Below are positions 14,801-27,829 of a stretch of DNA of 64,000 nucleotides, piece by piece. A model generated the notes under the pieces. That model had not been told where the DNA came from, ran no database searches, and saw only the letters and a list, made by a program, of their open reading frames with translations. Positions within the stretch are counted from its first letter, which is position 1. Every line of letters begins with the position of its first letter. Made by a program: the position numbers and the translations under genes. Source of the stretch: Antedon mediterranea (taxonomy: Eukaryota > Animalia > Echinodermata); assembly GCF_964355755.1 (NCBI RefSeq), contig NC_092679.1:23481432-23545431 (forward strand), in the 5' to 3' direction.

Positions 14801-17800
14801 TTTAGGTCCAGACTGGACTAGATTTTTTTTGAATACAATGTCCTAAAACATCCATAGATTTCTCATTATTATTACATTCCTTTTGTTTATTCAGTATATT
14901 TGTTCCTAAAAGCAGAAATGAAGAGGTATTACTTCTATTGCTCATATGCGAACTTCAGGTATGTGCTATTTGCACAATTGTCTTCTGAAAATTAAAAATT
15001 AATTAAAACATTATTTAGTATCAATTAATAGTGGCCCTCTCAAAGCCACTGTTTTGTATACAATTTTATTTTCTGCTTTGGCCTTATGAACATTGAGCTT
15101 CTGTAGAAAATCCAAGGTAACAAATTGAACTAACTAGTTATTCCAGTTTGAAGCCCTCTGTCCCTGGTTCATGCCTAGTCCAGGCTCTAGTGTTGCATTA
15201 AACATGCATGATTTAAATATTAAATATATTTGAATGAATTTTTATAGTTTATTATGTTTAGATTCAACCTGTTAGTGGCGGTTCCATCGCTGTTGGTTGT
15301 CAACTAAATAAAATAAAAATAAAATATATAAAATATTATATTATATAGGTTTCTAAAGATGTTGTTTTAAATCGTTCTCCTGAGTTTTCTGGAGCAAGAA
15401 GGGAATCGATCATGAACATAGAAGCTGTCTATGATCTTCTGTCTATTTTTCTTGTGAGAATGTCACAGTTTAATATGCTTTCTGAGGTATGCCTATACAA
15501 ACAGTATTATCCAATGACATAAACATTGTTTTGTTGTACATTTGTGTTTGAATTAATATATGATACTACTGTATATGCACTAAATGCACCATTGATATAA
15601 ATTCTTGATAGTATTACAACTCTTTAAAAAAATATTTCAGACTTTTGACAGAAGTATGAAATTTTCATCTGAGGAGTTTCATCTGTGGTACCAGTTTGCA
15701 TTGTCTCTTACATGTGCTGGCAAGGTAATGTATACTGTAATGTATGCAATAGACTATTTATTTTATATCATGTGATCTACAATCCACCAATCAAATTAAA
15801 AGAATCTACTAAAGTTTTTTTAAATGTCTATTCATTAAAAAGGTGGCAAAGCAATTTTATTTTTCACGCTTTGGCTTAAAATCTTAAAAATTTATCGTTA
15901 AACCTTTGATGGACAAGTTTTATGTTCAAATTTGATCAAATGTTATGGTCATTAAATCATATAGTCAAATGGTGAATCGTGTGATCAGATCATATGGTCA
16001 AGTTTTATGGTCAAATCATATGTTTATACCTTAGCCATTAGTCAGTATGTTAAATGAAAAACATAATTGTTATATATATTTATATATATATATATTTCTT
16101 TTGTTTTTAGTATGCAAGAGCAGTTCTTGTTTTACAAGAGTGTCATAGACTGAAACCAACAAATGCAAGTGTGTTAATGATGGCTGCCAAGATATGCTTT
16201 AAGCACTTAGCTCAGGTATGTGGGCTTGCTTTGTTATTATCAAATGTAATAGAAACATTTACATTGGCCTATTTTATAAAAACTAGTGTTGATGATGAAA
16301 CAGAGTGTTCCAACATCTTTAGGAAAGATCAAGCATTTTGCAACATGTTAGGAATTAACGTATTGTATTTGAGGCTTTAGGGAGTGAAGTTGAAAGAGTT
16401 GTTAGTTACAACTCTTGCACTATAAGGTCAGGATTGAACCCTGGACCTTGGGATTGCTAAACAATTCTAATAGATTACGATTATTTCTTTTTAAATATCT
16501 AGATTGATGAAGGCATTGAGTTTTGTAGAAAAGTTGTAGCCTTGCAGAAGAAGCAACTGTACACAGCCAGGGCCTACATGATGCTTGGTATCGGGGAGGC
16601 AATGAAAGCTGGAGAAGGTAAGACTAATTTTGGGAAATGAATTACATATTAAATTATTTTTATTTGTTGTCCATTGGTATTCAGATGTCTCAACTTAGTC
16701 AAACCATAAAGGTTTTGTTAAAACAAAAATTATAAAAAGTACCCAATTTTATAATTTGTTATTTGAATTATTAGCAACATTAAATAAGGAGAGGCAGCAA
16801 TATCATAAACAATCTCTAGAAGCATTGAAAACAGCAGAATGTCTGGATAGACAAGACCACTTGATAGCATTCCATTATGCCCTACAGTTAGCGCATTCAA
16901 GACAGGTTGGTTCATTTATTTTGAATTTACTGTATAAATGATTGTATATGTGTGTTTGGATAGACAAGACCACTTGTAGCATTATATTATGGCCTGAAAG
17001 AAATACTGCAACCACTTCCCAATAGGGACATTAATAATTTAAGTCCATGGAGCGGTAGTCATGTTATGTAACATGACTTAAGCTCTGTCTACACTATCAA
17101 ACTAGGTTCACAAAAAAGTGTGTGATGTGCCCAAATATGGTAGTTATGCGTCCAAATATGATAGTGATATGCCCAAATATGATAGTGATATGCCCAAATA
17201 TGATAGTGATATGCCCAAATATGATAGCGATATGCCCAAATATGATAGTGATATGCCCAAATTTGGTAGTGATATGACATCATCATGTTCATATTATGGG
17301 CACATCACATTTTTTTGTCACATACAATTTGATAGTGTAGACAGAGCTTTGTCATCATTGTCACTTCCTACTCATAAAGTATGACATCTTTGTCCACTCT
17401 CAGATTCCTGAGGCACTGGAAAAAATCCGCACAGCTTTAAGTCTTTGTAGTGAGCATGCTGAATCTCTCCACCTTCTGGCTTTGTTGTTGTCCTCCCAGA
17501 AACTCTTTAATGATGCCTTAAAGGTTATCAAAGGAGCAGTAGAACAGTATCCAGACAATACAAGGTGAGTTGTACTACCAGGTACTCATTTACACTCATT
17601 ACACACACACTGGTAGAGTCTTTATAGTAAACCGGTGAACTGTGGTTAGTACCAGTTTATTACTTTTATGTTGTTACCTAAAAAAATGAAGATGATTGAC
17701 TTTTAATTAAACCATTAAATGTTACTTTTCACAGTATGTTATTTACAATGATCAAATTAGAAGAAATTGTACGAGGCCCAGATGAAGCACTTATGACGTG

Positions 17801-20800
17801 TAAAACCATGCTGAGCATGTGGAAGAAGACACACGATGACATCATGCACAGGTAGTTAGATTAGATTTTATTCTACTAGAAAAGTAAAACTTAGACTGCC
17901 TTTGATAATGCTGTCCTTTAAACCTCAATTTGTTTCCTCACCTTTGTCTACACTATAAAACTAGTTTGAAAAAAAGTGATGTGACAAAATATGGTAGTGA
18001 TATGCTCAAATGTGGTAGTGATATGACATCATCATGTCCATATTTGGGCACATCACATTTGTTTGTCTTTGATATTGTAGACATAGCTTAACATTAGCTT
18101 GTATAATGTTGCAGTCTGTGATTGACATATTTTATTGTAATATTCTGTTGTCTTTGCAGTGATACTTTTCAAGGCATGGTATTGATAGAAAAGGTTGGGA
18201 GTGACAAGAGAAGTATGGCACATGTACATATATCCGAGCTCAAAGACAGAGACTCAGGTATGCCTATATATATCGAAATAAATTAAATCAAATTGTGGGA
18301 TTACAGTATACTGTATAGAGTTGATCCATGAATTGTTTTAAGCTAGACCCTACAGTAGTTTCATTTTCTGCCAGGAATATGCTTTTCTAGATCTAGGAAA
18401 GTACAGATTTGGCTATGGGACTATTGGTGTGAATTTGTTTTTAATGTGGAATATGCCGCTTCATATATGGAAATAACCGTAGAAAAATAATGTGTTTTAG
18501 TAATCACAATATATTGTTGTTTTTACTATCCATATATCCATAACACTTGTGATGAGTTTGAAGTAAAGTAAGTTTTGGGAAATTCTTTTAAAATTGCAAT
18601 ATTGCTTCAATTATATTTCTAAAGCTCTGTGTACACTATCAAACAAGTTTGACAAAAAAAAGTGTGATGTGCCCAAATATGGTAGTGATGTGATATCATC
18701 ATGACCATTATGGGCACATCACATTTTTTTTTGTCACATAAGGTTTGATAGTGTAGACAGAGCTTTACTTTGGTATTTGCGGGAAATGGGTTTTAATTAC
18801 TTTGATAATTTTTATATATAAGATCCACTGTCACTTCCTTCTTTTAACTAACTTTTAAATAATAATTTAAATGAAAAATAGAACAAAAGACAACATAACA
18901 TATTTGTTTTACTAACATCAGTTGTTTTTGATATCATCAGTTTTAAGAGTTTAAAGTCAATAATATTCTTAAATTTGGTTGTTTTAAAAAAACTTTCTTT
19001 ACATTTATATTGTTAATGGAAAACTTTATATTATTGATCAATTTTTATTAAATTATATTTAAGCTACAGAAATTAAATGTTTTCGAATTTTAAAATGCAC
19101 AAACATTAGTGATGATATTCAATATAATGTCTACTTAATTATATTGCATGTTAAGCTATTACCTACTTATAATTGCATGCATGGTGGTTGTTTTTGTTTA
19201 TTGCTTTTATTATTATTGTACAGCATTACAACCTACAGACAATTTCAAAGCTCTATTCGACCATAGTTCTACTTGGATAAAGACTTACAATCAGGTTTTC
19301 AGTGTACATATAGTACATATTATAGTATAGTGCATCTCTCGGTCTCAGCCCCTGTCTTGAACAGACAAATGGTGACAAGTATTATTTTGAACATAATCTT
19401 CACAATTTATATAATACAAATAACATTACACTGTTACTATTGCAGGTTCTATTCATAATTCTTTAGCAGCATCCAGGGTTGAGCAAGCGTTATCAGAAGT
19501 GGCATCTTCAATGGGGAGTTACATACCAAAGCCTGGGTCACAACAAGTGTGGTACACACAAGCTCAAATATGGCTCTCAACAGGTATTTACAAACGCTTG
19601 TCATTGGAGTGTTTACTGGAGCTTAAGCTCTGTCTACACTATCAAAGTTTATGTGACAAAAAATGTGATGTGCCCTTATTTGGACATGATGATGTCATAT
19701 CACTACCATATTTGAGCATATCACTACCATATTTGAGCATATCACTACCATATTTGGGCACACAGCACTTTTTTTTGTCAAGCTAGTTTGATAGTGTAGA
19801 CAGAGCTTTAGGCCTTCTTTTCAATAATTTAACTCTATTATAATGGCAATACAATTATTGATTTCTTGGTAAACATATTAGATGTTCGCATATTAGAATG
19901 GTGTATAGAAGAATGCTTGTTTTTACATTTCAACATATGGGCAATGGATGCGTAGGAGCCCATGACTTAATATGCTTGTTTATACATTTCAACATATTGG
20001 CAATGGATGTGTAGAAACCCATGACTTAATTAAATCATATTCGTATATAATCCCTGTCCATGGGGCTAGCTTTTTAAGCTGACCATGACAATTTAACATA
20101 TTAATGAAATCATAACAATTTATCAAAGAAAATGGGAAATTTCCATAAAAAAATACCCAAAAGATGTGAACTGTGGGAGTTAACATTCTAGTTCTTTAAA
20201 ATAATATCTATGGGATTAAGCCATCTGTGTGTATTCCATTCCTCATGGAAGATTCCATTAATATATTTCATATATATTGTTTGTTGTAGCTGAGATTTAC
20301 CTAGCTGTTGGTAAGCTGAGTGAGGCAAGATCCTGTATGCAAGAAGCAGTTAGCATCTTTCCACTGTCGCATCAAATATTACACATGGTAATGTTTATTT
20401 CATCATTTCATCATCATGTTATGATAATAACAAAAAGATAAAGAAACTTATTAGTAATCTAATGTATTTTTTTAATTAAGCAATGTTTGAATACAATTAC
20501 ATTTTTACTGTTATGTTTAAACATTTAGTTGGGATGTATTCAGGACCATAAAGGTGAACTGACAGAGGCTAAGAAATACTATGATAATGCACTAGCTATC
20601 AATCCATCGTATGTCAAAAGTCTACAGAACCTGGGAATGGTGTACTTAGAACAACAGAACTACACAATGGCGGAAAAATTGCTAAAGGATGCAGTCAACA
20701 TTGATCCAACTTCTCATGTCTCATGGTATGTCAATTTAATTTTAAGCATGCTGTTTTGTTGTTATATTTAAAACAATCGTGGCTATTTCTTTCTTTTTGT

Positions 20801-21261
20801 TGGTATACTGTGACCCAATGAATTATTATTATGATGAAGTACCTATAGAATTTGGCTTTGACATTATTTGACATCAAAAGACTATCTTTTGTGCTGCAAT
20901 AACAGGATTTTTATGCTATACATTTTGAGGCACCGGAAAATTGCGTTCTAAAACCATCTGTAATAATATTGAAAGTATATATAATGTATAGAAATGTATT
21001 GAAAGTATACATAAATGTTTTTTGAACTTGAAAAAAAAATAGTGCCTGAACTCTCTTGATATTGTTGATACAACACAGATTATTATGTCAAAATGCTACA
21101 TAGTACTGTACTACTAAATTGTTATTTTTAGGAATCATCTAGGAAGAATACTAATGTCACAGGGTGAATACGAAACGGCAAGTGAGTTTTTAATGACGTC
21201 ATTAGAGCTGGAGTCAACAGCACCTATTGTTCCATTCAGAGTTATTCCAAGGATATTATAA
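8815..21261 (+). CDS. TTC7B: Tetratricopeptide repeat protein 7 (TTC7A/B family, PI4KA-complex scaffold), about 834 aa, 18 coding exons
   Basis: Exons 8815-8938, 10207-10364, 10594-10762, 11267-11480, 11736-11999, 14895-14958, 15349-15486, 15641-15724, 16111-16215, 16503-16617, 16775-16905, 17404-17564, 17735-17851, 18160-18257, 19446-19583, 20290-20387, 20529-20725 and 21132-21261 (2505 nt, phases consistent). Recognisable TTC7 motifs include the N-terminal RLESEIEKSRAECNWEK, EEVLLLLLICE, FHLWYQFALSL, AASRVEQALSEVASS and the C-terminal LELESTAPIVPFRVIPRIL*. It is probably the single invertebrate pro-ortholog of TTC7A/B. Confidence 0.94.
9348..9967. mobile_element. Non-autonomous DNA transposon with GC-rich TIRs (TTC7 intron 1)
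   Basis: The left end gttgggccgccgacaagttgagccgcc...tttctatgaaacgcc is the inverse of the right end ggcgttccatagaaa...ggcggctcaacttgtcggcggctcaac. The interior is non-coding and the TSD is not resolved. Confidence 0.75.
13114..13292. mobile_element. Small MITE
   Basis: Inverted ends caaggcaatctaacaagaagatgctgagctc / gagctcagtgtcctgttgttagattgccgtg. Confidence 0.65.
13731..14358. repeat. 52-53-bp minisatellite, about 12 copies (TTC7 intron 5)
   Basis: The unit ggtaaggtactaggagaactacttagtatt(a)gttagaatggcatgatatctga is repeated almost perfectly. Confidence 0.97.
17081..17348. mobile_element. MITE family A with an expanded internal 21-bp tandem array
   Basis: TIRs agctctgtctacactatcaaa / tttgatagtgtagacagagct. 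The interior has about 7 copies of atatgcccaaatatgatagtg. Confidence 0.9.
17942..18088. mobile_element. MITE family A, degenerate
   Basis: ctttgtctacactat...tgtagacatagct with the same internal motifs. Confidence 0.8.
18623..18764. mobile_element. MITE family A, full length
   Basis: agctctgtgtacactatcaaac ... gtttgatagtgtagacagagct. Confidence 0.9.
19626..19807. mobile_element. MITE family A, full length, TTA target-site duplication
   Basis: TTA|agctctgtctacactatcaaa ... tttgatagtgtagacagagct|TTA, with three internal 21-bp units. A 3-bp TWA TSD is typical of PIF/Harbinger (Tourist) MITEs. Confidence 0.9.
19913..20030. repeat. 59-bp direct tandem duplication
   Basis: atgcttgttt(t/a)tacatttcaacatat(g/t)ggcaatggatg...cccatgacttaat occurs twice. 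Confidence 0.85.
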
Positions 21262-23289
21262 AGACAGACAGTAGAGAAAAATGGAAAATACCAAGTACTA
21301 AGAACAATGTATAAACATTGTATCACCTGCAAACCATTCTGCTCTAAACAAAACAAACTGAAAACAAATATAGTGGTATTAACATATTGTTACAAGATGG
21401 AAGACGTTCAAGAAGAGATTAAAATAAGACTTACCTACAATATAATTCTATAGGTCTGATTTACAGATGGAACACTGACTGATAATTGAACTAAGATACA
21501 GTATTCTAAAGTAAAAGTGTAGGGTTATAGTATGTGTGAATGTTTGGTGTTTACTGAAAAACCAGGGTTGTCTTTATATGAGCTGTAGTGGTGATCATAG
21601 ATTCTGTAATGTCACTGTGATTGAAAGTTTATCTATCCTAAGTTTCTGTAAGTTTTATGTGATCATGTTATGGTTTTGGAAAGATTTTATGCTGAGAGCA
21701 CCATGGAATATGATAGCACTACAGGTGAACTAATAAATCTAGATAATGTTTCTATCTTTAGACACTATTCGGACTCCCTTTGAACAGAAAACAAATATTT
21801 GTACACTAGATTTATATGTAATTTTACCTATTTTTATATGCATTTATATTGGTGGTTTATCTTATTGTGCTAGTAGTGCCATAGTCTAGAATATATTATA
21901 TTTATCTGAAAAAGCCATTTGTAATATTTGTGACATTTCCTAGTTAAAATATCATGTTAAGGGACCACCTCATTTAGAAACATTCTCATTTGCTAGTAAG
22001 TTCAAATCTCGCATTAACGGACCTCATCATTGAAGGTACATTCATGTAGCGGGAGGCAGTGCTGTTCAATTCTTTTTATGATTTTTCATTATTTAAACAA
22101 AAGGCAATGTTATCAGTTCCATGAAATATAATAAATAAGGATCAAGCTTTGTCTACACTATCAAACTAGTTTGACAAAAAAGATGTACTTCAGGTTTGGT
22201 GCTAGGGAACACGTCCATTATGGTAGAGGTTGATAGAACCAAATAACTATCAGTAATTACAGTATTTATAATTATTTATCACATTTTATATATACTGATT
22301 ACAATATTAATTTATAATATATTTGCATAGTATTAAAACTATAATTGTTGAATTTAATATATTACATTACATAATATAATTCATTTATTTAATTATAATT
22401 ATTATTATTAATTATAATGTAACTTTCAGTAACAGTAATAGATATCTATAAATAAAGAACATATGATTTCTAGTTAACAGGCCTATAGCAGGGTCAACGA
22501 TTGTCTTAGTGATGAGATGTTTTTGAACCACTTCTGCCTCATGTTTGCTTGATTAAAGCCCGTTTTCCACTACGAAAATTGAAGGCACAATTGAATGCAT
22601 ATTTATATTTCCTTCAGGAGTAGTGAGGATAGTTCCTAGTGGAAAATTATTACAAATTTAGGGCAAATTTTTTATTTGGTATATGATTTGGTGAAAAACC
22701 AGCTTTACAGACAAATTTTAGGCAAGCAATGCTGGAGATCACATTCTTTAAATTTATATACTTTTTATACTTGTGGACCATACGTTGTGCAATATGCTTA
22801 GCAAGGACCCTGTGGCTGTATTCTCTTATCACACTGACAGTAGCAATATATTACCTTTAAAGATGCCATTTTAATGTCAAGTAATAGTTATTCACTGTGA
22901 CCAAAAACTTAGTAAAAAAAATGATTTTATTATTCTTCATTTATAATGTTTTTATGGGGAAACCCTAAAGTGCGAAAGGTGATATGGCCACTGTCATTTA
23001 TACTCTGATTTGTGATTTATTAAAAGAATAAAAACAAATGATACGGTTTTCTTATTGATTTAATTTATTTTCATTTATAATTAAAATATTTATATATTTT
23101 GGTATAAATTCACAAATTACATAACATACTATTTTATAAGTAATATTGTAATGAATTTAGATCTTCAACATTTTGTTCTCTTAAAGAGATTGATGTAACA
23201 TGTACTGAAGTACAGTAAGAATGAAGTAAAGTTGAGAATGTCTAGATGCAACAACATTTATTCAATATTCAATATTTTACAAAGTTTAT

Positions 23290-23410
23290 GGGTTAAGATA
23301 CACAGAAGCCAAAGTGGCTTGTCTTTGTAGTCCTAAGCATAAACATAAAACATATACGGACGCATTACATTAACAAAAAATGACATTTTGAGACAGAAAA
23401 AGAAAAGAAA
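23290..23410 (-). repeat. Interspersed repeat (probable LINE/SINE 3' tail); second copy at about 24380-24480
   Basis: acacagaagccaaag(t/g)ggctt(g/a)tctttg.agtcc...ggacgcat...caaaaaatgacattt...agacagaaaaagaaaa is present twice, each copy preceded by a tttatt/caaca-rich tail. Confidence 0.55.
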
Positions 23411-23456
23411 AAAATATTTTGGTTGTTATGCTACAACCATCCTGGAGAATATCTTA

Positions 23457-23598
23457 AGCTTTGTCTACGCTACCAAACTAGTTTGACAAACAAGTGTGAT
23501 GTTCCCAAATATGGTAGTACTGTAATGTGATCATCATGTCCATATATGGGCACATCACATTTTGTTATCCCATTCAGTTTTATATTATAGACAGAGCT
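23457..23598. mobile_element. MITE family A (partial copies also at 22145-22186 and 24061-24090)
   Basis: agctttgtctacgctaccaaact ... tagacagagct. Confidence 0.8.
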
Positions 23599-23884
23599 TA
23601 ATTCATAATGCTTTATTGGGTTTATTCAGACAAATTATCATCCTGAATGAACTCTGATCCATCCGCTTCCAATTACTACCACCATCGATGATTGGCGCCG
23701 CAAGAGTAAAATAGATTAAAAAAGTTTAAACATCAATTGAAAAATTCTTTGTTAAATTAAAATATTAAACTTCTTTTGCGTTTATAGCATCATGATTTTT
23801 ATTTTAAAATTTGTTTTTTAAAATGTCCTTTTGTATCTAGGCTATCCTACATGGAGTCAAGAACTGCATGTCCAAAGAAGTCTT

Positions 23885-26800
23885 CTACCAAGGTAAGTTG
23901 TCCAAATCAACATTTCCCCCACATAGTACAATGCATATCCTCTTGACCGATGCTGGTATTCGGTTTAACTGATCAGACAAAATGGCCGCTACACCTACTG
24001 CAGCAGCAGGTTCAATCACAAGCTGCAAACATAATGTACAAGAAAAACTGGTTACTGTTTTCTGTCTACACTATCAAACTTTATGTGACATTAAAAATCA
24101 AATTACTGAAATAAAACAAGAAAAATGCTGTGGGTAACCGAACGAATATACCTTTAATCGTTCCCATGTAAATTTCATAGCCGATATTATTTGTTCATCC
24201 GTCTGCAGAGGAAAAAAATAAATTGTTTTTTAGTTTTAATTAGCATAAAGGCATTTTTTGCTATACATTATAAAATGTTGATATAACGTTTGTGGCACAC
24301 CAGGTATATTAGAAAAGAACTGTTTAGTTTAAACAACATTATTTATTCAACATCAACAGACAGTTTACATTGTTTATGGTCCAGACACACAGAAGCCAAA
24401 GGGGCTTATCTTTGAAGTCCCACGGACGCATAACAATTACAAAAAATGACATTTAGATACTAGACAGAAAAAGAAAAAAATACAAAGTGAGATCAAGCAT
24501 AATAAAAAACCATATTCATAGAAATATAATGCTAGATTAACTGAACAGTTCTTTTCTACATGTGTATGGCCAATATTATATAAAAATATTGATTTCGCCA
24601 TGCAAAGCTTAAAACAATATACATTATAAAAGTTACAATTTTAGTCTCACCATAGTAAAAACCTCTTTCTCTGCTAATTCCTTAAGAATAGGCCATGTGA
24701 CCTGACCTAGTTGTTGAGTTGTCAGTGCATCTGCTACACTAGTCAGGGATTGCGGTGGATTAGGCCAAAGTCTCTCACCTAAAACGAAAATATATTCTCT
24801 AAATTATCTACGCCTAGATGTACCCAACTGTTCTAATTCATGGATTGGGTCATTCAGAAGGTTCCCCAAACCCAACCAACAGCAAAAGAAATGCGCCAAT
24901 AACAGGAGGGTATGAAACAACTAAATGTCATAAAATCCTACCAGCTCTTAGTGATGGCTCTGTGTCTTTTCCTTTTGGTTCTGCAAGATATACTATAAGA
25001 AAAACGAAAACAATTCATAAATCATTAGCCTATATGTTTTAAATACTCAGTTCTACCTAGAGTCATGCTGAAAGACCAACTGACCTTTGACATTTTCCTT
25101 GATTCCTTTAGCCCCGACAGTAATTCCAGATGTTAAACCTCCGCCACTTACAGGAGCAATGATGGCATCCAAATCTTCAATTTGTTCCATTATCTCTATT
25201 CCAAGTGTTCCCTTTGTTAGAGAAGAAATTCTTTTGTTTTGCAGTATGCGCAAAAAACATTCAAATTTAGCCAATCAAAAGTAAGTACTGAAAAATTCAT
25301 CCAATCAACAAGCATGAGTCATAATTTAAACTGAGCTTTACATTTCTTTATTCCATTCCTTCTGTTAAAGGGGATATGAAACATAGGCTGTAAGTGAAGG
25401 AAGGAAATTAGCTATTTCTTGGAGAGGAATTGCTTAACATACAGGGTCCGACACTGGTAAGGTAAACAAATAATGTATATAATGGTAACAATAAACCAGT
25501 TATTAAACCTGTCCAGCCACAACATCCAGGTGATCATAAGGTGGAATAAAAACCATATCTCTTTCTTTCTGCACTTTCTCACAGGCTTCCTTTCTAGAAA
25601 TAGAAATAAACCTTTTAGTTCCTTTTTTGGGTGCCTGGCTAGAAATCTTTACCACAAGGTGAAGTGTTTTTTTCCTTCATTAACAGATATAAGAAGGATT
25701 GGAAAGAAATGTGTGTTACTACCTCAACCCATATGGCAAGACTCAGCATAATACACTTTGCTACAAATTCCACTTTCATGTATTTAAACGTTCTTTTCTT
25801 TCCCTTCATGAGACATCAAGAGTGCAATACCTGTACCTCCTGCAATATACATACCTAGCAAGCTGTGTTGGCTCACAGAAGACAATCTCAGCTCCTGAAC
25901 TTCTGATCTCTTTTACCTTAAATTCTGCTGTTGTCTTTGGCAGGACTACACAGCATGGCAAATGGTTCAACTTGGCAGCATATGCAACAGCTATTCCATG
26001 GTTGCCAGAGCTGTGAGTTGTCTGAAATTTAAAACACAGAAACCCACATTAAACAAACTAATAGTGTTGGTATGAGTACTGCTTACCTGATAAATCAACA
26101 ATATAGATTTTTGTATCCAGGTCAGCTATACATGAAATAGACTCAACATGTTGGTGCAGTACCCATTACCTCCTTGAGCTTGAATCTATAACCAATAGTC
26201 ATCAGCACAAGCTTGGTAGAGGTGTAGATGTATTAATGCCAGGCTGATATGGACATGTGTGAGAGTGTCAGAGTTGGGTTAAACAGATGATGTACAGTAT
26301 TTATATAGGTCTAAATGTAAATATTACACTTACTACACCACGTAATGACTGGTTCTCTTTGAGAGATATCATCTGGAAAAAAAAAGATGTTTGTAAGCTT
26401 TTTATGTTCATTTAAACACAAATATTATGGTATATGATAATATATTAAGCTATTTTCTATTAAGTAAGGATGAGATTTGATATTATATAGCTTTATGATT
26501 ATTAAAGTATGGATTTCTAAAAAGGAAGTAAAATAAAGTTGATTGTCACAACATTTTGATTGCAGATTTTCAACTATTTTACTTCTTTTAATTGTATCGC
26601 AAACAATATTTAACTAAATTTGATAGGCAATATTTTGTGCTTGAACATAGCTTTATTCATTTTATCTGTTATTGAGAAATGTAATTGAATCGTATTAACA
26701 ATATGTTTCAAGGCATATCAAAACATTTTCAGAAGTTTTACCGAGTTAAGTGCACCTCGAATCTTAAACGATCCCGTCCTTTGCAGATTTTCACATTTGA

Positions 26801-26912
26801 AGAAGATTTCCCTCCCTGTTATTTTATTTACTGTTGTGCTTGTGATAACAGGAGTTTGGATGACAAATTTTGAAATTCGTCTAACAGCCAATAAAACATC
26901 TTCGTATGACAT
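23885..26912 (-). CDS. SRR: Serine racemase family (fold-type II PLP serine racemase/dehydratase), 318 aa, 9 coding exons
   Basis: Exons 26912-26742, 26372-26334, 26021-25855, 25593-25509, 25211-25085, 24992-24942, 24778-24651, 24202-24152 and 24022-23885 (957 nt, in frame). Motifs: FKCENLQRTGSFKIRGALN (PLP lysine), THSSGNHG, FIPPYDHLDVVAGQGT, APVSGGGL, AEP, VADAL, IEPAAA and CGGNVDL. A probable 5'UTR exon has its donor at 27697. Confidence 0.92.
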
Positions 26913-27084
26913 ATCTGGAGTAAAGTACAAGAAAGAATAGTGTTATGTAAAGAAAGTTTTTAAAAATATTTGCTTGCCTCACTTTCTGCTTATCAAATTC
27001 TAGTTGTGGGCTCTTGGAACTCTGTGACCAACTATATATATTGGAACCCCGTCGTTGTTGTAGGGTCTACTTAGAGTAGCAGTA

Positions 27085-27422
27085 CAATTCAATTCAATTC
27101 AACTTTTATTTCAGACAATTGTCCATATGGTATAATACATTACAAAAAAAAAGATGAAGGAGAGAGGACCAAAACTTGTATCTATTGGTATATAATGCCT
27201 CTCTCCATTTGTAGTACATGTTTGAATCCATCAACAAATATTTATATACAAATTAACATTCTGTTTTCGCTTTTCATTATTCTTATAAGAAATCGGTAAG
27301 TCGAAATCCTCAAATATTTATAAAATGATGGAATATTGTTTTCCACAAACAAATTCTTCGCACTAACAAATCTTGGTTGTCCCAACAACCTCCGGAAAGC
27401 ATAATTATAACAAACTTTAAGT
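27085..27422 (-). mobile_element. 5'-truncated non-LTR retrotransposon (LINE) 3' end in SRR intron 1
   Basis: The minus strand translates LKVCYNYAFRRLLGQPRFVSAKNLFVENNIPSFYNNLRISTYRFLIRIMKSENRML and, after a frameshift, DSNMYYKWREALY, which resembles the ORF2 C-terminus of invertebrate LINEs. It is followed by tatggac..gtctgaAATAAA and a (ttgaa)n tail. Confidence 0.75.
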
Positions 27423-27829
27423 ACAGTACTAGTATATTATTATTACTAGTCTAGACTAGTAGTAGGGCTTACTACACTGTAATAACTTTGGGGAGGCTAC
27501 TAAATTAATAGTAGTATAGTAGTAGTACAGTTGTAGCAGTAGATAATAAGATAGTAGGCTACTACTAGCTACTAGCTAGACTGACTTTAGTACTCACTAT
27601 AGATAGAGGCCCAGCCAGATAGATACGTAGTAGAAGTACGAAACTACCTAGTTTAGTTACCTTACTTACTTATTTATTTACCTTACTAACTACTTACTGT
27701 CTATTTTTTATCTAACATGGACACTCTAATGATGTATTACATGGATGGAGGGGTGTAAATTCAGCCCTAATTTTGATCAAATAAAAGATTCATAACATTT
27801 CTGAACTACAGTAAACAATAATAAATGCT

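Noticed and set aside
17089-17384. Repeat-protein ORFs (DMPKYDS)n / (YHYHIWA)n
   Set aside because: These are translations of the 21-bp array inside a MITE in a TTC7 intron.
19224-19294. Possible extra TTC7 exon (ALQPTDNFKALFDHSSTWIKTYNQ) with upstream TGCATG motifs
   Set aside because: The acceptor is plausible, but the only obvious donor (cag|gttttc) is weak and gives 71 nt, which breaks phase with the next exon. The gene is complete without it.
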